NCBI GenBank assembly: GCA_025054615.1
Contig: JANWZO010000006.1
Span: 7,596 to 71,595 of the forward strand
DNA length: 64,000 nt
Source of the DNA: Kiritimatiellia bacterium
Lineage (GTDB): Bacteria > Verrucomicrobiota > Kiritimatiellia > CAIVKH01
Direction: 5' to 3'
The stretch's first letter is position 1; every line of letters starts with the position of its first letter. A program made the position numbers and the translations under genes. The notes below the pieces were generated by a model. The model was not told the DNA's origin. It worked only from the letters and a program-made list of their open reading frames with translations, and did not search any database. Of the stretch, positions 61,674 through 64,000 are shown piece by piece.

Positions 61674-62132
61674 TCATCCCAGCTTGACGTTGTCCAATGC
61701 CGACCACCGATGATCGCCCGGCGGCTTACAGGAACAGGGCCCCAGGTTCAGGTTCGCCCCGCAATACGGACACAGTCCTTTGCAGGCGGACGAACACACC
61801 GGGTGGTGCGGCAACCGGAGCAGGATATCCTCCCGCAGATCGGGCGTGACATCCACGGCCTCGGACGCGTCCGAAAGTTGATAAGTGCGTAAAAATGACA
61901 TTTCCTCTATGGTTGTCGAGTAAAATTCGGTGCACCTCACGCACTGAAGTTCGAAGAAAGCCCGCACGGAGCCGCGAACGATCAACTGGCCGGAGACCGC
62001 CTGAGCGAACAGCCGGTAGCGCACCGGCCCGCATGGGCGAAACCCGGACTCGTGAATGCTCAAAATCTCCTGAGATTCTTGGCCTTCGAACCACTCGCCC
62101 TCCGGGCGCAATTTGGGAATGTCGATGATCAT
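61674..62132 (-). CDS. yceD: YceD/DUF177 family protein (large-subunit rRNA accumulation protein)
   Basis: C-terminal CxxC...CxxC (CSSACKGLCPYCGANLNLGPCSC) and position upstream of rpmF. Confidence 0.8.
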   Translation of the reverse strand: MIIDIPKLRPEGEWFEGQESQEILSIHESGFRPCGPVRYRLFAQAVSGQLIVRGSVRAFFELQCVRCTEFYSTTIEEMSFLRTYQLSDASEAVDVTPDLREDILLRLPHHPVCSSACKGLCPYCGANLNLGPCSCKPPGDHRWSALDNVKLG

Positions 62133-62181
62133 GTCGAGATCCGTCTCATCCGGCTGCCCTACATTGAAAACGTACCGTCCT

Positions 62182-62682
62182 TCACGTCGGCACGCCCCTC
62201 GTCGCGCCCAATCGTTTTTTCAGCGCCCGGTTCACAGCCGCCGGAACCAGCGGAGCTGTTTCGCCGCCAAGCTCGGCCACCTCCCGCACCATTGTGGAAC
62301 TAATATAGCTGTGCGACTCCGAGGTCATCAAGAAAACGGTCTCGATGTCCGGAGCTAGTTTGCGGTTTGTCAAGGCCATCTGGAACTCGTATTCGAAATC
62401 CGTAAAGGCCCGCAGGCCTCGAACGACAATCCGACTGCCTCGCCGGCGAACGTAGTCGATCAGCAGCCCCGAAAAGGGTTCCACATCAACATTTCGAAGG
62501 CTCCGGACGGCAGACCGGACCAACGCGACCCGGTCCTCGACCGAAAACCATGTTTTCTTCCGCGTGGATTCAGCGACGGCGACAACCAGCTCATCGAACA
62601 GCGTCGCGGCCCGGCGGATCACGTCGAGGTGGCCGAGTGTGATGGGATCAAAGGTTCCGGGATATATGGCACGATGTTTCAT
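62182..62682 (-). CDS. coaD: Phosphopantetheine adenylyltransferase
   Basis: AIYPGTFDPITLGHLDVIRRA; start at the internal ATG (MKHRAIYPG), 4-nt overlap with rsmD. The long ORF extends to 62937. Confidence 0.9.
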   Translation of the reverse strand: MKHRAIYPGTFDPITLGHLDVIRRAATLFDELVVAVAESTRKKTWFSVEDRVALVRSAVRSLRNVDVEPFSGLLIDYVRRRGSRIVVRGLRAFTDFEYEFQMALTNRKLAPDIETVFLMTSESHSYISSTMVREVAELGGETAPLVPAAVNRALKKRLGATRGVPT

Positions 62683-63233
62683 TCGATTTGTTGTCGGCGG
62701 AACATGCTGACCCGAGTTCCTCCATATCGGCGATCCCAGATGAGGTCCCAACCCGGCCGTCCTTCCGCCTTTTCCGAGGCGCTCATCTCGAAAATCAGCA
62801 AGCCGCCATTTCTGACGATAGACCGCTCCTCCAGCAGGGGCAAGGTCTTTTCCAGCCAGCGATAGGATCGGTGCGGATCGTACGGGGGATCTGCAAACAC
62901 CAAATCGAACGGTTCCAGATGGGCGCGCCTGAGCCAAAGGAAGACATCCGCACAGACTACGGAGCCCGCCCCCGTACAGAGCCCGGCCACGTTTCTGCGG
63001 ATGATCGATGCTGCGGCCGGGTCGACCTCTACCCAGATCACACGGGCCGCGCCCCGGCTAATCGCCTCCAGCCCCAACGAGCCGCTACCCGCAAACAAAT
63101 CCAGCACTCGAGCGCCGACCACAGATTCGCCAAGAGCGGAGAAGATGGCCTGCCGGACCCTATCCTGGGTCGGCCGTATGCCCCGAGGGACCTGAATTTG
63201 GCGACCCCGTAACAGCCCGGATGTGATTCGCAT
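62679..63233 (-). CDS. rsmD: 16S rRNA (guanine966-N2)-methyltransferase RsmD
   Basis: MRITSGLLRGRQI..., SAM site VLDLFAGSGSLGLEAISRGA, and DPPY motif. Confidence 0.85.
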   Translation of the reverse strand: MRITSGLLRGRQIQVPRGIRPTQDRVRQAIFSALGESVVGARVLDLFAGSGSLGLEAISRGAARVIWVEVDPAAASIIRRNVAGLCTGAGSVVCADVFLWLRRAHLEPFDLVFADPPYDPHRSYRWLEKTLPLLEERSIVRNGGLLIFEMSASEKAEGRPGWDLIWDRRYGGTRVSMFRRQQIE

Positions 63234-63412
63234 GAGACAGTTTGGGATCTAAAAGCGGTTCCGAACAATTTCCATTCAGTGCCACCATCTTCGGGCCGAT
63301 TGAATAAAAGGAAAGACCGAATCGTCAGAGGTGACAGCAGGCCGCCATTTGCCGGCGACTTGCGAACGGATGAAAGAGCAGGTATGAATTGTTGGTTGTC
63401 AGGAGGTCTAAC

Positions 63413-64000
63413 ATGCGTCGAGTTATGCTGGCAGCGGGATTGGTAAGCTTGGCGATCACCGGGGGCGGTTGTGCCGCCTTCCGGGCCAAGGTCTCTGATG
63501 TCGACCTGGACCGCAGCCCGCACATGCGCTCGGAGTTCGATTTCAGGGATCTTCGGACTATTTCCGCCGAGGTTGTCGACCGTTTCCTTACCTCCGATTT
63601 CCTCGCCAAACATGACGAGCCGCCCACCATCGCCATCCGCGGCCTAGAGAACCGCACCACGGACTATCTAGACACAAAAGCCATCACAGACACCATGCGG
63701 ACGCGCCTGATCCAGTCCGGCCGCGTTCAATTCGTAAACGTCGAGCGGCGAGAGGATCTGGCAAAGGAGCAGGGTTATCAGGCGGCTAACGCGGCGCCGG
63801 GCACGGCCGTCGCAATCGGTCAGCAGGCGGCTGCACGCTATATGATGACGGGATCGATCATAGAAATGACCCAGCGGTCTCCTCGTCAGGTGCGCCTGAG
63901 CCAGCGGCGCGAGCGATTCTATCAACTGACTGTCGAAGTCACCGACCTGCAAACGGGCCTGATCGCTTGGACTACTCAATACGAATTTGCACGAGCCGAG
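63413..64000 (+). CDS. Partial (runs off window end) LpoB-like lipoprotein (penicillin-binding-protein activator LpoB / COG3417-like)
   Basis: AGGAGG RBS 7 nt upstream of the ATG at 63413; lipobox LAITGGGCAAF. The C-terminal region resembles LpoB (IAIRGLENRTTDYLDTKAITDTMRTRLIQSGRVQFVN; YMMTGSIIEM; LTVEVTDLQTGLIAWTT). No stop within the window. Confidence 0.55.
   Translation, partial: MRRVMLAAGLVSLAITGGGCAAFRAKVSDVDLDRSPHMRSEFDFRDLRTISAEVVDRFLTSDFLAKHDEPPTIAIRGLENRTTDYLDTKAITDTMRTRLIQSGRVQFVNVERREDLAKEQGYQAANAAPGTAVAIGQQAAARYMMTGSIIEMTQRSPRQVRLSQRRERFYQLTVEVTDLQTGLIAWTTQYEFARAE

Overview
64 kb high-GC (~65%) bacterial chromosomal window with dense coding on both strands, one tRNA and no rRNA. 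Gene content (DtxR-fused metal-ABC permeases of the chlamydial YtgCR type, a eukaryotic-like Ser/Thr kinase, many TPR proteins, three tandem hybrid histidine kinases) suggests a PVC-superphylum-like organism (Verrucomicrobia/Planctomycetes); this is inference only. Most of the window is housekeeping: a complete plsX-fabH-fabD-fabG-acpP-fabF fatty-acid cluster with yceD-rpmF upstream; coaD and rsmD; accA, accD and folC; serS, trxB, ruvA and ruvB; era; tatA; sodA (Fe/Mn SOD); kpsF; an MsbA-like exporter; and an Opp-like ABC transporter. Accessory or unusual content: (1) a Mn/Zn/Fe-type ABC-3 uptake operon in which BOTH permeases carry a C-terminal DtxR-like domain, a divergent stand-alone DtxR-FeoA regulator, and an 18-bp perfect palindrome in the shared promoter; (2) a ~180-bp array of six 31-bp tandem repeats with a TTTCCATG-G-CATGGAAA palindromic core inserted between ruvA and ruvB, whose core motif (ATGGAAA/TTTCCAT) recurs at five or more other intergenic sites, including three pairs of identical 12-13-mers; (3) three translationally coupled hybrid histidine kinases (870, 1143 and 912 aa) with no cognate response regulator or HPt in the window; (4) an atypical Ser/Thr kinase translationally coupled to a LysM L,D-transpeptidase, wedged between the accD and accA operons; (5) a Tat-secreted PhoX-type phosphatase, a CPBP protease, a DUF3592 protein and a beta-propeller cluster; (6) a HAD hydrolase plus two large uncharacterised (possibly glycoside hydrolase/phosphorylase) proteins; (7) an Fpr-like reductase plus ApbE-like lipoprotein preceded by a 545-bp low-GC non-coding region. 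All functional calls are from recognisable sequence motifs by eye; no database search was run.
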